A DNA stretch of 63,971 bases, filler included, from Reticulomyxa filosa (taxonomy: Eukaryota; Protista; Foraminifera): assembly GCA_000512085.1 (NCBI GenBank). It is 16 parts of 16 records of this genome, joined end to end, with 100 filler letters (N's around TTAATTAATTAA, not from the genome) between each part and the next. Parts side by side here need not be neighbours in the genome. Positions count along the whole stretch, not along the records: positions 43,602 to 55,148 come from ASPP01002585.1; positions 55,249 to 56,248 come from ASPP01047019.1; positions 56,349 to 63,971 come from ASPP01014536.1; 13 more parts are not named here. One strand, written 5' to 3'. Under the pieces are notes generated by a model. The model saw only the letters and a list, made by a program, of their open reading frames with translations, was not told the DNA's origin and made no database searches. Position numbers and translations under genes: made by a program. Below are positions 50,985-63,971 of the stretch, piece by piece (position 1 is the stretch's first letter; each line of letters starts with the position of its first letter).

Positions 50985-52081
50985 ATGGCTTTCGGAGCAA
51001 CAAAGATCTCCCTAGCTCTCCAAAAGCGTGATAATCCAGGTTTTTAAAATGCAAAAAAACAATTAATTTTGGCTTGCTTTAAAAAATGGTCATAATGTTG
51101 TAGCGCTGTGCTCGTGTGTACGTGACTCTCAAAATAAATAAATAAAAGGTGCGCTTTCGCCACTCTCCCCAATAAACCCAGCTCAAGTAGTGGCCACAAA
51201 TCCAGCTCCGAGTGTGGTTGGCGCAGCCATGGGCGGCCACATTTACAATGCGGCAGCAAGTGGAGTAGAAATTGTGGGCGAAACGATCAAAGTTGGCGGA
51301 TGTTCGGCAGCAGCAGTAAGTGGTTGTCAATGCGTAGCGGACACTGCGCGCTGGTGCCGAGGCAAAATATCGTCACAAGAACTCGGAAGAAGGACCCTGA
51401 AAAACGCCACAGTCAACGGAACCGCCGTGGTTGGGGGTGCCGGCGGATCCACTGTTGGTGCAACCATTGGCACTGGTCATTTCACTTTATTGTTATTATT
51501 ACATGTATTTTTGTCCCCTTTTTTTTTTTAAAAAAAAAAAAAAAAAACGGGGAGAGGAAACGAACTATAAAAGATCTGTTCAAACTTGGTTCATTTTTTT
51601 TTTTTTGTTAGCAATACTCCCTGGAACTGGAACGGTGGTAGGATCGATAGTGGGTGGTGTTTGTGGAAGCATTGGCGTTGGGAAGTTAGTAAATGATAAG
51701 TTTGACGATTGGTGGGGCCCGCGTGGCAGTGACGACCCAACTCAAAGTCAAGACACAACAACAACAACAACAACAACAACGACAGCGACAACGACAACGA
51801 CGACGGCGGGAAATAAGGCGCTGCCAATGTCAACATCGACAACAAATGGATATGTTTGTGATGATGCACTCTGCTCGTCTTTGCAGTTCTTTGGCTTTTT
51901 GCCGAAAGACTTTGGCCGCACAGAGGTTGTGAATATGGATATTCTGGTCGAGCGATACAGGGAATACTCACGTGTATATCACCCACAAAAAGGAGGGACC
52001 AAAGAAGAGTGGCTTTGCTTGATCAATCATTTCGCTGTTGCTGCAAATGCTATTCGCGATAGAGATGGAGCTGGGGTTTAG
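50985..52081 (+). CDS. Glycine-zipper protein with C-terminal degenerate J-domain (HPQ); exons 50985-51039, 51149-51475, 51612-52081
   Basis: Phase-compatible GT-AG introns. GxxxG array GGAGGSTVGATIGT|AILPGTGTVVGSIVGGVCG, then a poly-Thr linker and YREYSRVYHPQKGGTKEEW (J-domain helix II-loop-helix III pattern). Confidence 0.72.
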
Positions 52082-52934
52082 TTTTTATGTACTTATACAT
52101 ATATTCATATTATATACATATATATATATTTTTTTTTTTATGTAAATATGGATATTGTGTGGTTAAAAAAAATAGACGACGGGGAGAAAAAGAGCTGCTT
52201 CTTCTTCCTCTTCTTCTGCTCGAGAGACAACGCAAGGTGGAGGTGGCGGCTCTTTAGTCGGCGTTAACTCGGCCCTGTTTGCTGTTTCGTTTTCCGTTTC
52301 TTTTGGAAACATCAATTTGCAATTGTAAATTGCCTTGTCGAAAATTTTTCATGTTTGAGTTGATGTGAGATAAAGAAAGCAGAAGCTTGTTTTCATACTC
52401 ACCTTTAGTCATTTCTATTTTGTTTGGTTGTTTTTTTCTTGCAGCTTTGGAGTTGAAAACATTTTTCGAGAATTGTTGTCTTCATAGCATATAATATAAA
52501 GCGACCCTCCACTTATTTTTTCATATCAAGTGATTGTGAACTGACTTAACCAAATCGTTTTGCAAACGCTTTTGGTTTTACCAAATTAAAAATTTATCAT
52601 AAACTTCTTAAAAAATACTAGAAATAATTTAAAAACATATTGTTGCATTGTCATATGATTTCTTTTATAGCGACATTAAACTCGTAACAAAATACAATGC
52701 TAATTTTTTAAATAAAACACATTCCATTTCGGACATCTTAAACAATTTATTTTAAAAATAATTTTCAATCTTCAGTGATTTCATTTGGATGCTGCAATCC
52801 AGTGCGGATCACGGAGTCCAAAAAAGGATGGTCATCTTGAAAATCGTCAGGATTTTCTGTCCAGTTGCTGAGTGCAGTGGCAAAGGGGAAATCACAACTT
52901 ATTAAAAAACTCTTTACTTACGTATTTTTGGTAT

Positions 52935-53290
52935 TTAAGAAATGCACCTGTGAAGGAGTATGACAAGTAATATGACCACAACTGTCAAAGTGATCACCAA
53001 TGCTAGAAATCCGGCATCTTCATACCAACTTTCGTTAGCGTGTTTCTCAGTTTTTGTTGTTGAAGTTTCCTCTTGTCCTTTTAAAAGGTTGGTTTCTGGA
53101 TCAACGATATCAAAATAACTTTCTGTCTGCAAATATACAGTGTTCGTTTCCAATATCTTTTTTTGAACTTATAAAAACAAAAGCTCACTCGGTCAGCTTC
53201 GTCAAGTTGAGTGTGAACATAAGAAACGATGTGTTGATAGCCAGGACGATTTTGTGGTTTTGTTTGATTTTCGTGCATGTCCGTTATCAT
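52935..53290 (-). CDS. Small single-pass membrane protein fragment, frameshifted
   Basis: C-terminal TM segment GFLALVITLTVVVILLVILL; the upstream part is in another frame across an A-run. Confidence 0.35.
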
Positions 53291-54420
53291 ATCTGTCTTA
53301 AAAAACAGGACCCAAAAGAATTATTTCAATTTTCACGGCAAGTGATTGACGTCAAAACATTTCTACTAAAATAGTTTTAACTTTATTTAATTCTACACAT
53401 TTTTAGTTTCACAAAAGGAGACAATATACAAACAACAGGAAATTTTCTACAAAACTTTCAAAGTGAATTAATTTTCTTTATTCATTTTCCAATATATGCA
53501 AAACTTTAAGTTTGTTAATTAGAGTTAAAAAATTATTTGATTATCTTTTTGCTCTTGCTTTGTCAATTTTAACTTATCAAACCCGATTCATCTGCAAACT
53601 ATCTCTTCATTTCAAATAAATAAATAAAAATAAAGGATATAACTAATTGTGCCATCAATTCTGATCTGTGAGCATATTTATTCAAAAAACAAATTGAAAT
53701 AATAACAAATATCTAACAAAAATAGGCAAAGTTAACTAAGCGATAAGTAGCTGTTTTAGAAAATAGTTTTTCTGGCTTCAACAGTCTTGAGTACGTTGTG
53801 TGTTCCATAAAGGTTCGTAATACTTGTACTTTATAAAAGAAAGTGTATCGAATTATACATAAAATTTATTACATATAATGCAGTCGTTACTAATACAAGC
53901 AATGGCAAGCTATGCTCAGTAAATATTTATTTCTGAATGATGACTGTAATAAAAGATCTATTCTTGCAGTGAAATATCAATAAAAACGAAAGCAAACTTA
54001 AATGAAGAAATTAAAAAAATAGAAATTGTATTGTCAATGTATGTTATTGTGAACAAACATTTAAAAAGGTATTTTTATTTCACCTTTGCACGACAAAACA
54101 CACTACAGACATGGATAAGTCAAATTGTGAAAATCTATTATTGATGAACCAATTCAGTTGGCCTCACTAAAGAAACTTACAAGAGCGATTTTTCATAAGA
54201 AAGACAAACTACACCCAAAAATATCATAATAAATTGAGCAACTTTCAAAGTCTTACTGCGAAACAAGAACAAAAAGAAGAAAAAAAAGAGTTTGTGTTCC
54301 CAACTTAAAAAGGCAAGAGTTACAACCTTTTTTCTTTTTTTAAAAATTTTATTAATGCAATATTGAAATCACAAAAAAAACAACTCACATTTCATATCAA
54401 CGCGACTTGAGGTTGTGGAC

Positions 54421-54674
54421 TCAGAGAGTGGCCTGAACGGAGATGCGAGCAATTCGGACACGTTGAGGAGGATAAGACGCGAACATTTCATCCATGACAC
54501 TGTTCATGTCCCAGCCAGAGACAAATTTGGTTATCGGTTTTTCATTGCCATTATCTGTTATCTCGATCAGCTTCACTTCAAATATCTAATTTCATTACAA
54601 CAAATAAGCAATTGTGTTAGTTGTAGGTGTGTGATTATCAGGTTTTTATTTATACACATATATGTATATATTTA

Positions 54675-54714
<40 letters not shown>

Positions 54715-55148
54715 CACGTGAATGCATTTTCTTCGTTTGGGCAACACATCCGATTCCTTGTCATCTGTAGTGAGACATGTGAAGGGACGCTTTACTGGAA
54801 CAGGTCCCAGTTTTGTGCCCTTTGTCGGATTTTTTGCAGTTGAGCCTTTTGTTCCCGAACAATCATTGCCCTTACCACTGGCATTTTTGTTATTGTTGTT
54901 CGTGTCGTTATTGGTTTGAATAACATCCAACCCATTTTTGTTCGCACGTGGTACTACCTTTGCCACATCACTTTCATTCACATTGTTGGCATTTGTTATC
55001 GGGTTGCTATGACTAGTCTCCGTTTCTGATTTATTCGCTTTCTTCTCATTATTTGCTTTGTCATCATTTACTTGCTCTTTTTCTTTTTCTCGTTCTTTTT
55101 CATTAGTTTTAGTCTCAGTCTTCACTTCAGCTTTAGTTTTTTTTTTTT
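54421..55148 (-). CDS. Hypothetical protein, last two exons (55148-54718, 54585-54421), 5'-truncated
   Basis: Charged low-complexity exon spliced in phase 0 to IFEVKLIEITDNG...RISVQATL-stop. Confidence 0.6.
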
Positions 55149-55248
55149 NNNNNNNNNNNNNNNNNNNNNNNNNNNNNNNNNNNNNNNNNNNNTTAATTAA
55201 TTAANNNNNNNNNNNNNNNNNNNNNNNNNNNNNNNNNNNNNNNNNNNN

Positions 55249-55700
55249 TAATTCTTGCTCGAATGCTTGTATATTAAATTGATTACACTGCAAGTTTCGA
55301 TAGAAGCTGCAGAATAACAATGGCCTTTTTTGATCAGAGCATGATAGTTCCACCCAACACGATTCATAACCAAATATCAGGGATAGTAGTGAATGATCGT
55401 GAAATTTAGTGTAAATCTCTTCGACATAATTAATCAAATAACTTAAAACCTTTTTGATGAATGAGTGTTTACATTTTTTTTTGTTTTAGTTTTCTTTAAT
55501 TTGTTGAAATAAGTTTTTAGAAAGATAAAATATTGTCAGTTGAATGAACAAAAAAAAATAATTTGCACAAGCACGTTACTTAGATCTTTCAACAATTCCC
55601 ACGTCTTTAGCTTCGATTGTAGATAATAATCTGGCGCTTGTAGTGTATTTGTAATCTTTGGAAACATATTCTTTCCAATGATGAGTATTTTCACAACATT
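55249..55700 (-). mobile_element. Possible degenerate non-LTR retrotransposon APE-endonuclease fragment
   Basis: ESCWVELSCSDQKRPLLFCSFYRN resembles the LINE endonuclease ExxWVE....(l)xxGxxYRP segment; the surrounding frame is broken. Confidence 0.35.
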
Positions 55701-56946
55701 GTTCAATCAGTGATCGTAAATTGTCTTAAAATGTTAATCTATCCAGATGTATTACTGTCTTTGTACCCAAAACTTCATTTTTGTATATTCATTTATAATC
55801 GACGTTTTGATATTATTGTTCTTTTGTTTCCACTTTTTTATATTATTATTTAAATAGTTGCGTGGATGAAGCCAAATCTCAACTTCTTATATTGTTTCAC
55901 TTGATTGGCTTGATAAACAGATTTATAATATATTTAGATTACGTATTGAGACTTCTTTAAACAATAAGTTTTCTAATCATTCTTCAATTCTGATTTTATG
56001 TCGTCAATGTATTATTCATGACCAATTCATTACATAACAACTCTTTCAGCTTGTATTTGCTATCAGATGAACAATACAATATATTTCAAATAGTTATATC
56101 TATACATAATTATTTGTCAAAATTCCAAATATATCTTTTTATTTAATTTCTAAATTTAATACAATCGTCTTATCAGCTTCAAGTAACATATTCCATTCAT
56201 TTGATCAAATGTGTAATTTATACATATTGTTGCAATTATTTCAATTTGNNNNNNNNNNNNNNNNNNNNNNNNNNNNNNNNNNNNNNNNNNNNTTAATTAA
56301 TTAANNNNNNNNNNNNNNNNNNNNNNNNNNNNNNNNNNNNNNNNNNNNTCAATTCGATACGTTGATCGTGTACCATTTAAATATATCTTCCTGTGTCTCC
56401 GAACAGATCAGCGACTTCCTCTTTGAACTCTTGTTTTTGCAACATATTAACTCCAACTCCCAAATGTGTCAATGCTTTCATGTTGACTTCGACATGGTCT
56501 TTCTCATCAAACTCCCTTCCAAAAAACTCTTCTCCTTATTCTTTTCTGTCGCCCAATTTCCCACTACCTACGTCACCGTTCAAGCCGCTGGCAGAATCGC
56601 CGTTGCTACGAAATGAATATTTGAAGATAGATAAAAAAAATCCATTCAAATGGAAACACAATATTACGAAATCGATAATTGACATGGCTCAAGTATTGTG
56701 CAAAACGTCAATAAAACGACATTAAACTCAGTTCGAGCGAAAAGAGTATGAGAGCCGAAAGCACTGGCCAAGAAGAGTTTTATTTGCGCAAAAAATGGCA
56801 TTATTCCAATGATGCTTGTTTTTTGGTTGATCAAGATGGCAATTATTTATAATATTTGTTTATATATCAAAGCTAATACTATTTTTGTCTGCTTTCTTTC
56901 ATACAAAAAAAAAAAAAACAAGTCAATTTACAAAAGTAAAGTATGA

Positions 56947-59200
56947 ATGGATGGATTTGTTTGTGTTGGAAAGAAACACTTTCAAAGCAAGAAAAGGAAC
57001 AATCAAGAGTACCAACAATTTTTTGAGATGGCTCTGAGCAACAGCGAATTAGTGCCAATGAAAACATCGACTATCACGGTGAACCAGCTGTTGTTAGTCG
57101 CCATTGAGCCAGAGCTGTACATAGTCCGAGCGAGGACCAAGTCGTTATTTCCATTTCCGCATTGCATCCACAAGTGGTGTCAACAGCAATTTTCGTCGAG
57201 CAAAGAACTGCCATCTGTTGAAATCGTGCATCGCGTGATGATATTGGAGCAAGTGTCTATTGGAAATGTCAAAGACAGTCTGAAGCAATGGGAGTCGATA
57301 TGTTCTGAAAAGGCTAATGGCATCTACGCGATGGATTTAATCCGAAAGCACTTTTCCCAGTCCTTGTGCAAGTGCAAGCAGCGACGTATATTGTTGCTAT
57401 GGCGCAGCTGTTGTGTGGCAAGACCTCCATTGTTGCAATCGAGATGGTCATGCACTATTTGCATCGACTCATTTCTTATTACGCACAGATGATCGCTACG
57501 TACTTTTTGTTTTGCAAGGCAAAGAAAAGGAATTGGGGAAAAAAATGAATGATTACAATGGAGGAGATGCTAACAATGCAGGACAGTTGTTGGTGGATGT
57601 GACGCAACAGTTGTGAAGCTCGATACTATTGACGGATGCATTACCCCCACACTGGACACTTATCTTTTCCTCAATCGACTTCGTTCCTTGTCAATTGTAT
57701 GCAAACATAATTGCTGTCGCAACACTCGACGATGATCACACAAGACTGACCGATCAGCTGTTGCAGAGCGCTCAACAATTGGAGTTACGACATCTCGGAA
57801 TACAATATTTGAAAATGATCAATTTCATTGACAAAAAGGAGCATTTCACGGATTTCAAACAGAGTCTTTTGGAAAATGAACAGTGTGCTCGGGATATTAT
57901 TTCCCAGTTATTCGAGCAATCGCAATAATATCCGACGGAGAGTATCCTATGTTTGTTCGAGACTTGCTTGCTGCTATCAAACGCATCGAAAGCATATGTA
58001 AAAACAACAACAGCGTACGTATACTGCGCTGCTGCGCTCTTTATATAATGAGAACAAAGAAAATGTCATACTTCAGATGCAACTGTTGAGATACATGTTC
58101 GTCCATCAATGTGTGAACAACGACACATTGTTGCTACACTCCAAGGATGCCTTGCTTCTTAATCGCTGTCTGGAAAAAATACTGCTGGAAGAAAACACGA
58201 ATGCAAACAATGCCCTAATCACTAATTGGGCACAATGGTGTCACGAACAGGGCCATGATCAACTCGAATTAGTTCTTCGCATTTCGCAGTTGAAAACGGA
58301 TCTCAGCAAACACATCTGGAGTTTGACTAACATTGATATTTGCATGTCCAAAGTTGAACAAGGAGATAGTGCGTACAATCTGATCAAACAAATGATTGCA
58401 CTGCTGTCGTCGGTCTTGATCTCCAACAGCTCGCACGAACATATGCTGCACGTGCTCAAGGGCATCCATTGAATCGAAATCCTATTCACACAACCGGCAA
58501 TTCGACAAGCAATGCCTCTTTCCGACAAAACAAAATCCACAAATACATTTGCAGCTCTGGCTTCAAGGCCACTATATTGTGATTTTTACAATCACTTGGT
58601 TGGCGTGTATGGGCCTCATTCCATGGACAAAATACACAACATTTTAACTAATAAAAAGTGTCAGTCCATTTTGAAAAATTTGTGTCCAATATCAACTTGT
58701 GTTGTCTCACTTACACATAGCCTCAATTGAAACTCAAGATATATACATATACGTATACATACATATACACTTATACATATATATATATATATGTATATAT
58801 GCAATAATAACAAATATTGATAGATTTACGTACAGTGATTCAAGCGCAAGACGTAGTCGGACTGGTGTTTGAACAAATTGTCAATCACCTCACATCGCGC
58901 AAGACGAACTCGAGGTTCTATTGAGAGTCGATTAGAGACACACTAGATCACATTGTGGCCAGACTTTGCTTTCATTTATTTTCCATTCAGCAGCAGCTCA
59001 AATACAACCCCTTCCGATTGCTATTTGAGGACTCGGGGTTATTCTTGTCGCAGGATGCCTAGTCGTCGTTGTTATCTACGAAAGAACCTGTACTGTGCAA
59101 ACAGACACCCACTATTACTCGAAGATGAGTCTATGTCTTTGTGCAAAGAGGCAACCTGTCAAATGGACGGATGCGTAGCCAAATACTAACTTTTTTTTCT
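56947..59200 (+). pseudogene. Degenerate fragment of a large helical protein with many stops and frameshifts
   Basis: Chain of short overlapping coding-like ORFs in alternating frames (56947-57492, 57366-57548, 57629-57928, 58077-58472, 58512-58730). Confidence 0.55.
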
Positions 59201-60609
59201 ACACTGACAAGCTTCAAAAAAAGTGTTGCCACATTTTTTACACCACATCAACTGTATGGTGTTTTATATATATTGATTTTGGAGACTGAAAAACTCAGAC
59301 ATATTTGTGAGCATTAACAGCTTACAAATTCTTCTGTTTTCTTTCATAGTGCATGGATATTCATACTGAAACTTTTGAATCTGAAAAGGCAAACAAAGAA
59401 AATGAAAAGAAACACTTGAATTCGATATTTGTCTTATTTTTATGAAAACAAAAACTTTTTATGTTTCATCACAAAAAATTGTCCTAGTTTTTGCTGCAAA
59501 AATTTCAACTTTAAATATCAGTCATATTTGAAAAATAAAGGAAATTGAGCAAGCAAATAATACTTATTGAACATACAATTAGATAACAACAAGTTAATTT
59601 TTTCTTTTCTACAAGTATTGACGATATATAATATAAAATTTTATCATAATTTCCAGAATTTCGAAAAAAACTAATAATTTTTTTCTATTTCTTTCTTTTT
59701 TTCAAAGTTAATGATAAACAAAATTGTATGTAATGATACTAAAAATATAACAAGAGTTTTTAAGTCTTTTCTAAATTGTGATCTTTTTCCTTACCCATAC
59801 AGATGAAAATATAAGGCATTTGCCGAATGCTTTTAAAAAACAGTGGCTATTTTTATGCAATAGTAAGCAGTACAAGTCATAATCCAATTATTTTGAATGT
59901 TTTCTTTTTTCGTTGTCGCTAAAAAAAGGTAAAAAAAGTATCATGTATTTTTTCCTGAAGAAAAAAATTTGTAGGATTTTCCGTTCCTTTTTGAAGCACA
60001 AACTAAAAATAACTTTTTGTGTTCAATATATCGTGTATATAGCATAATAATCTATTAAAAGATTTAATACAATCATTTAATTTAGAAAAAGGAATGAATT
60101 TTTTTTTAATCATGGGAATTCCAACATCATCGCCATCAGTAGAACACATGTATATGATTTTTTTTGGTTTGCCCTTCTTAAGTTACTACATATTTGTTGT
60201 ATCATGTCACTTAACATTGATTGATGGATGAAATGTCAAATGTATTTTTTGTTTTAGAACAAATCATTCTTCAAGTTGTGAGAAATCTTTTATTACATTC
60301 GCTCTTCATTTCGTTTACTGTTGTAGACTGGGCTAGTCAATTTCTCTTCAAATGTATCGAAGAAGACAAACTATTGGAAATATTCTTTGGCCCAAAGTCT
60401 CTCTGCAATTGATGAACAAGCTATGGACATTTTAGAATGTATTTGTTCGGAAAGCGTTTTGACTGTCAATCATTTGGCTATTATTTGGGTACTTTAGAAG
60501 TTACAAAATGAGAATAATGAATATATATATATATATATATTCATTATTAATTTATGTAATCGGCCCCTTTTTAAAAAAAAGTATTTAATGGATATGCCGT
60601 GTATGTGAA

Positions 60610-61300
60610 TGGATGAACAGAGAGCAGCAATAACAGACGTACAAGCAATCGATGACGCGGAAGACAATTGAAAGAAAAAGAATACAACTTGCATTTTACT
60701 CCGTCTTTGACCGATGAGGAGCAACGTCTGTATCGAATCGAGCAAACATTTATCTTGAAGTTGGGCACGGTTTCGAAGGACAATCAAGCCTTTGTTCAGC
60801 CCTTCATTCGCACCAAAACCATGGAAAAACGCTTGAAAGACCTACGCTGTGTGATCGGCAGTGGCAAAAACTATCCCGTGCTATTGGAAGGTCCTACGTC
60901 CAGCGGAAAGACCTCGCTCGTCGAACACAAATGGTGCTCATCAACAATCATGAACACACCGATATGAACAAGTATATCGGATGCTATGTCACCGATCCAT
61001 TGAGCGGCAAATTAATCTTTAAAGAAGGTTTTATATACAAATATATATGTATATGTATATATATGTATATGTGTCAATATGTTTTTTTGAAAAAAAAAAG
61101 GTATATTGATCAAAGCCATGCGAAATGGCTGGTGGGTAATCTTGGACGGATTAAACTTGGCACCGAGTGAAGTGCTAGATGCACGACAACAGAAAACTGG
61201 TCATAACGGAAACACAAGAAGTGGTGCGCTCTCTCCTGATTTTATCGGTTGGTGTCGATGAAATTCCACCTAATGAATTAATCGACATTTACGCAAAAGG
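60610..61300 (+). pseudogene. MDN1: Midasin (MDN1/Rea1) AAA-module pseudogene fragment
   Basis: PVLLEGPTSSGKTSLVE, INNHEHTD...YIG.YV.D..GKLIFKEG, AMRNGWWVILDGLNLAPSEVL and ETQEVVR are midasin-type motifs; there are internal deletions, a frameshift and Walker B DE->DG. Confidence 0.85.
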
Positions 61301-61499
61301 TTAGTTTATTATATGATAACAACATATATGTATATGTATATTATTTTGTTGCATTTGATTGGAACAGTTGTGAAGTAGGACCCTTTGCTAGCTGCATGTA
61401 TATAGTTTTTGTTTTTTTTTTTAAAAAAGGTTGATTTCTGATACATACTCTTGGGAAAAAAAAAATAGGATAAGAAACCGCTTGACAGTTGAGAAATAC

Positions 61500-63260
61500 G
61501 CAGACGAATTTAATGGCAACTTTGACTGACAACTCCAAGACATAAATCAAGTGATGGACATATGGAATTATTTGTGGAATGTAATGTTAAAGTTAATGTT
61601 GACAGAGACCACTCCGAGTGGCAACAACAACCAAGGAGTTGGCAATAGCACTGAGAAATGCTATCATTTGGGACAAGCCAGAGTATTGGGAGTCATTCGC
61701 TTGAGACAAAGTTTTTTTTTTTTGTTTCCCCCTTTTTTTTTTGAATAACATGTTTTTTTTGGGGGGGGGGGGAAAAAAATTAATTCGCAATAAACCAAAG
61801 AGTTGTGCAATTGCGAAGGACTCATTTCCTCAATGCCGGAGCATAACAACGGACACGTCATATTTTAATGGCAACGGCGAAGGGTATTTCCCGGCGTACA
61901 AATACCAATCATCGTCGGAATTGGAAGAAGTGTCGTGGCGAGCGAAATACGAATCATACGAGGGAGGAGGCTATGTGCAAGAATTTGCATTGAACTACTC
62001 GCAGGCGATAACCGAAGCGCAGAACCTGTAGAAAGGCGATTGGATCGATCGAAGGACTGCGTTTGTGTGTGTCGGCTTCAACTTGTATAACTCGACAACC
62101 AATTATCGTACCATTGGCCGAGTTGCATTTGAAATGCCCGTATGCGGAGTGTTTCCGTACTTTGACATCAAATCGTGAAAGTTTTTTGAGATATGCGGAT
62201 AGTCAGGGTTCTGCCTTGATTGCATTGCAAATCATTTGGTCAACTTCACTGTCATCATAGCCGTTGAAATGTTTCGCAAAGGCTGTGGCTGCACAAAGAC
62301 ATTGTACTGGGGCAAAACACGCTGGCGAATCTTGGGCTTTCTCAATTACAGCTTTTTGTATGGAGCCATCTTCCTTTTCATTTATAACGAAACCTATCGT
62401 CATAAAGCAGGACACGATCGGAAAAATATCGACAAGTATCAATCCTTCCGAAAACTACAATATCTCTTCTTGTCCGAAACTTATATTATCGCACTCAATG
62501 GATTCTTTTCGTTCTTTAAATTGTTCAAATACTTTAGTGTCAATCGTCGACTCACTATGCTTGTTTAGTTTTATATACATACATATTTATATTGTATTCA
62601 TTTTTTTTAATTATTTGAAACTTAGGCAAAGATAGACAAGACATACTCATGTTTATACTCGTATTGGTAATATAGTCTTCTGCGGATTTATGGCTTTTTC
62701 CAGTGATGTCGATGACTTTCGATCATTGATATTTGCATTCTTCAATATAATTCGATTTGTGATTGGAGATGTGAATTATGATGCCTTGCAACTGAGCAGT
62801 CATACATGGGGGGTCTGTATATTACGTGGCGTGGTCCATCTTAATGCTCTTGCGAAGCCTATGGCGAAACAATTGAAGAAATGAGCGAAGAAGATAAACT
62901 TAGCTTGGGATTATTTTGAATGCGATGAACTATGGCGTGAATACAACAAATCTTTAAAAATATAAGAAGAGTTGCACTTGCTGATTCGGATGAAAATGAA
63001 GATGGACAACTGGATACACACGAGTTGACAAACAAAACAGGATGGACTGTCGAAGATGCATAAAAGTTTATTGATGAACATGACAAAGATAAAAAGGAAA
63101 ATTATCCGAAAAAAAATGTGAAGCTTTGATGAAAGAAGCAGAAGAAAAGAAACAGCAAACCAATATGGAAGCTCGTTTGGCAACAATATGTGTCACTACA
63201 CCTTCTTCGGCTTCTGTATTGGTGCTACAAATACACAAGTATCTGTTCAACAATATCAAC
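61500..63260 (+). pseudogene. PKD2: Polycystin-2 (PKD2/TRPP) channel pseudogene
   Basis: RVLGVIRLRQ, YEGGGYVQEF...L*KGDWIDRRTAFVCVGFNLYN, FKLFKYF, pore region IRFVIGDVNYDAL and EF-hand remnant DENEDGQLDTHEL; in-frame TAG at 62029-62031 and several frameshifts. Confidence 0.85.
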
Positions 63261-63971
63261 AATTAATCACAACAAAAAAAGTTATATATACATATATATA
63301 TTATGTGTACAAATCTAGTATGCCATAATGTGCTATATTTTTAATTTATTATAACACTTTTGCATATAGGTACACGCAAAATAACAAAAATTGATTCGAT
63401 TGATGGCACACAAACAAGGAAGACTAAACTTGGTATGTTTTACTTTTTTTTTTACGTTAATAAAAAAACAAGACAAAGTGAAACAAGGATGGAAACAATT
63501 AATTCTACAGAAGTTTTAATTGACATTTTTCTTTCGAGTAATTGTTTGGTATGTTTAATTTTTTAAAGAATTTTGTTTTGCAGTATGTGTTGATAAAATC
63601 TTTTATTGCAATCTTTTTTTCTCGCCAGTCACCTAGACGGCCGTTTCATCAATTTGATGGAGAAATCACTTAGTCCTGATCTAATACTAAGCTAAAGTAA
63701 GGATCTGCAGTGCGACTTTTAACATAAATAATATCTCAAAAATTACTGATATTAATGGATATTAAAGTCAGAACAAATGTTAAAACTTTGCAATTGAAGT
63801 TAAAATTCTGGGGTGCTTTTGATCCACAGATTATAATTACAGAAAAACATTTTTATCTACTTTTTTATAATACAAATTTTTTATAGCAGTCCAATACAAA
63901 GGAGACCCTATCCACAGACTTGTTGTTCGCCTTTTTTTTTGGTAAAGCATGAACGACATGAAAAAAAAAAT

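Noticed and set aside
62029-62031. Stop-codon reassignment (TAG read-through) suggested by the in-frame TAG in PKD2
   Set aside because: Intact long genes such as the 1851-aa ORF have no internal stops, and the PKD2 copy also has frameshifts and deletions, so it is a pseudogene.

Overview
This window is not one locus. It is 16 short contigs joined by an artificial 100-nt spacer (N44-TTAATTAATTAA-N44, stops in all six frames). Fifteen contigs are AT-rich, intron-containing protist DNA whose gene style (WD40 genes with a 'W(I/L)RxxxxxxGWIxxFD' leader, A/T-tract introns, many pseudogenes) suggests a foraminiferan such as Reticulomyxa; this is an inference. One contig (1527-3974) is GC-rich proteobacterial DNA carrying tadA, an L,D-transpeptidase, a DUF2721 protein and a GntR regulator. 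Recognisable eukaryotic genes include a U2AF65-like splicing factor, a PB1 protein, three WD40 genes, an EamA transporter, a cAMP-receptor-like GPCR, proteasome alpha-5, an F-box protein, CK2-beta, U6 snRNA, an alkaline ceramidase, a UBR-box E3 ligase, and midasin and polycystin-2 pseudogenes. Many genes carry single-base homopolymer frameshifts that look like sequencing errors. The main finding is an intronless 1851-aa NLR/STAND-like gene (44864-50419). Its architecture is CUE-like, Zn-binding, RelA/SpoT (alarmone-synthetase-like) nucleotidyltransferase, NACHT, pentapeptide repeats and 16 WD40 repeats. It lies head-to-head with a glycine-zipper/degenerate J-domain gene. This is a candidate eukaryotic immune receptor with a toxSAS-like effector.
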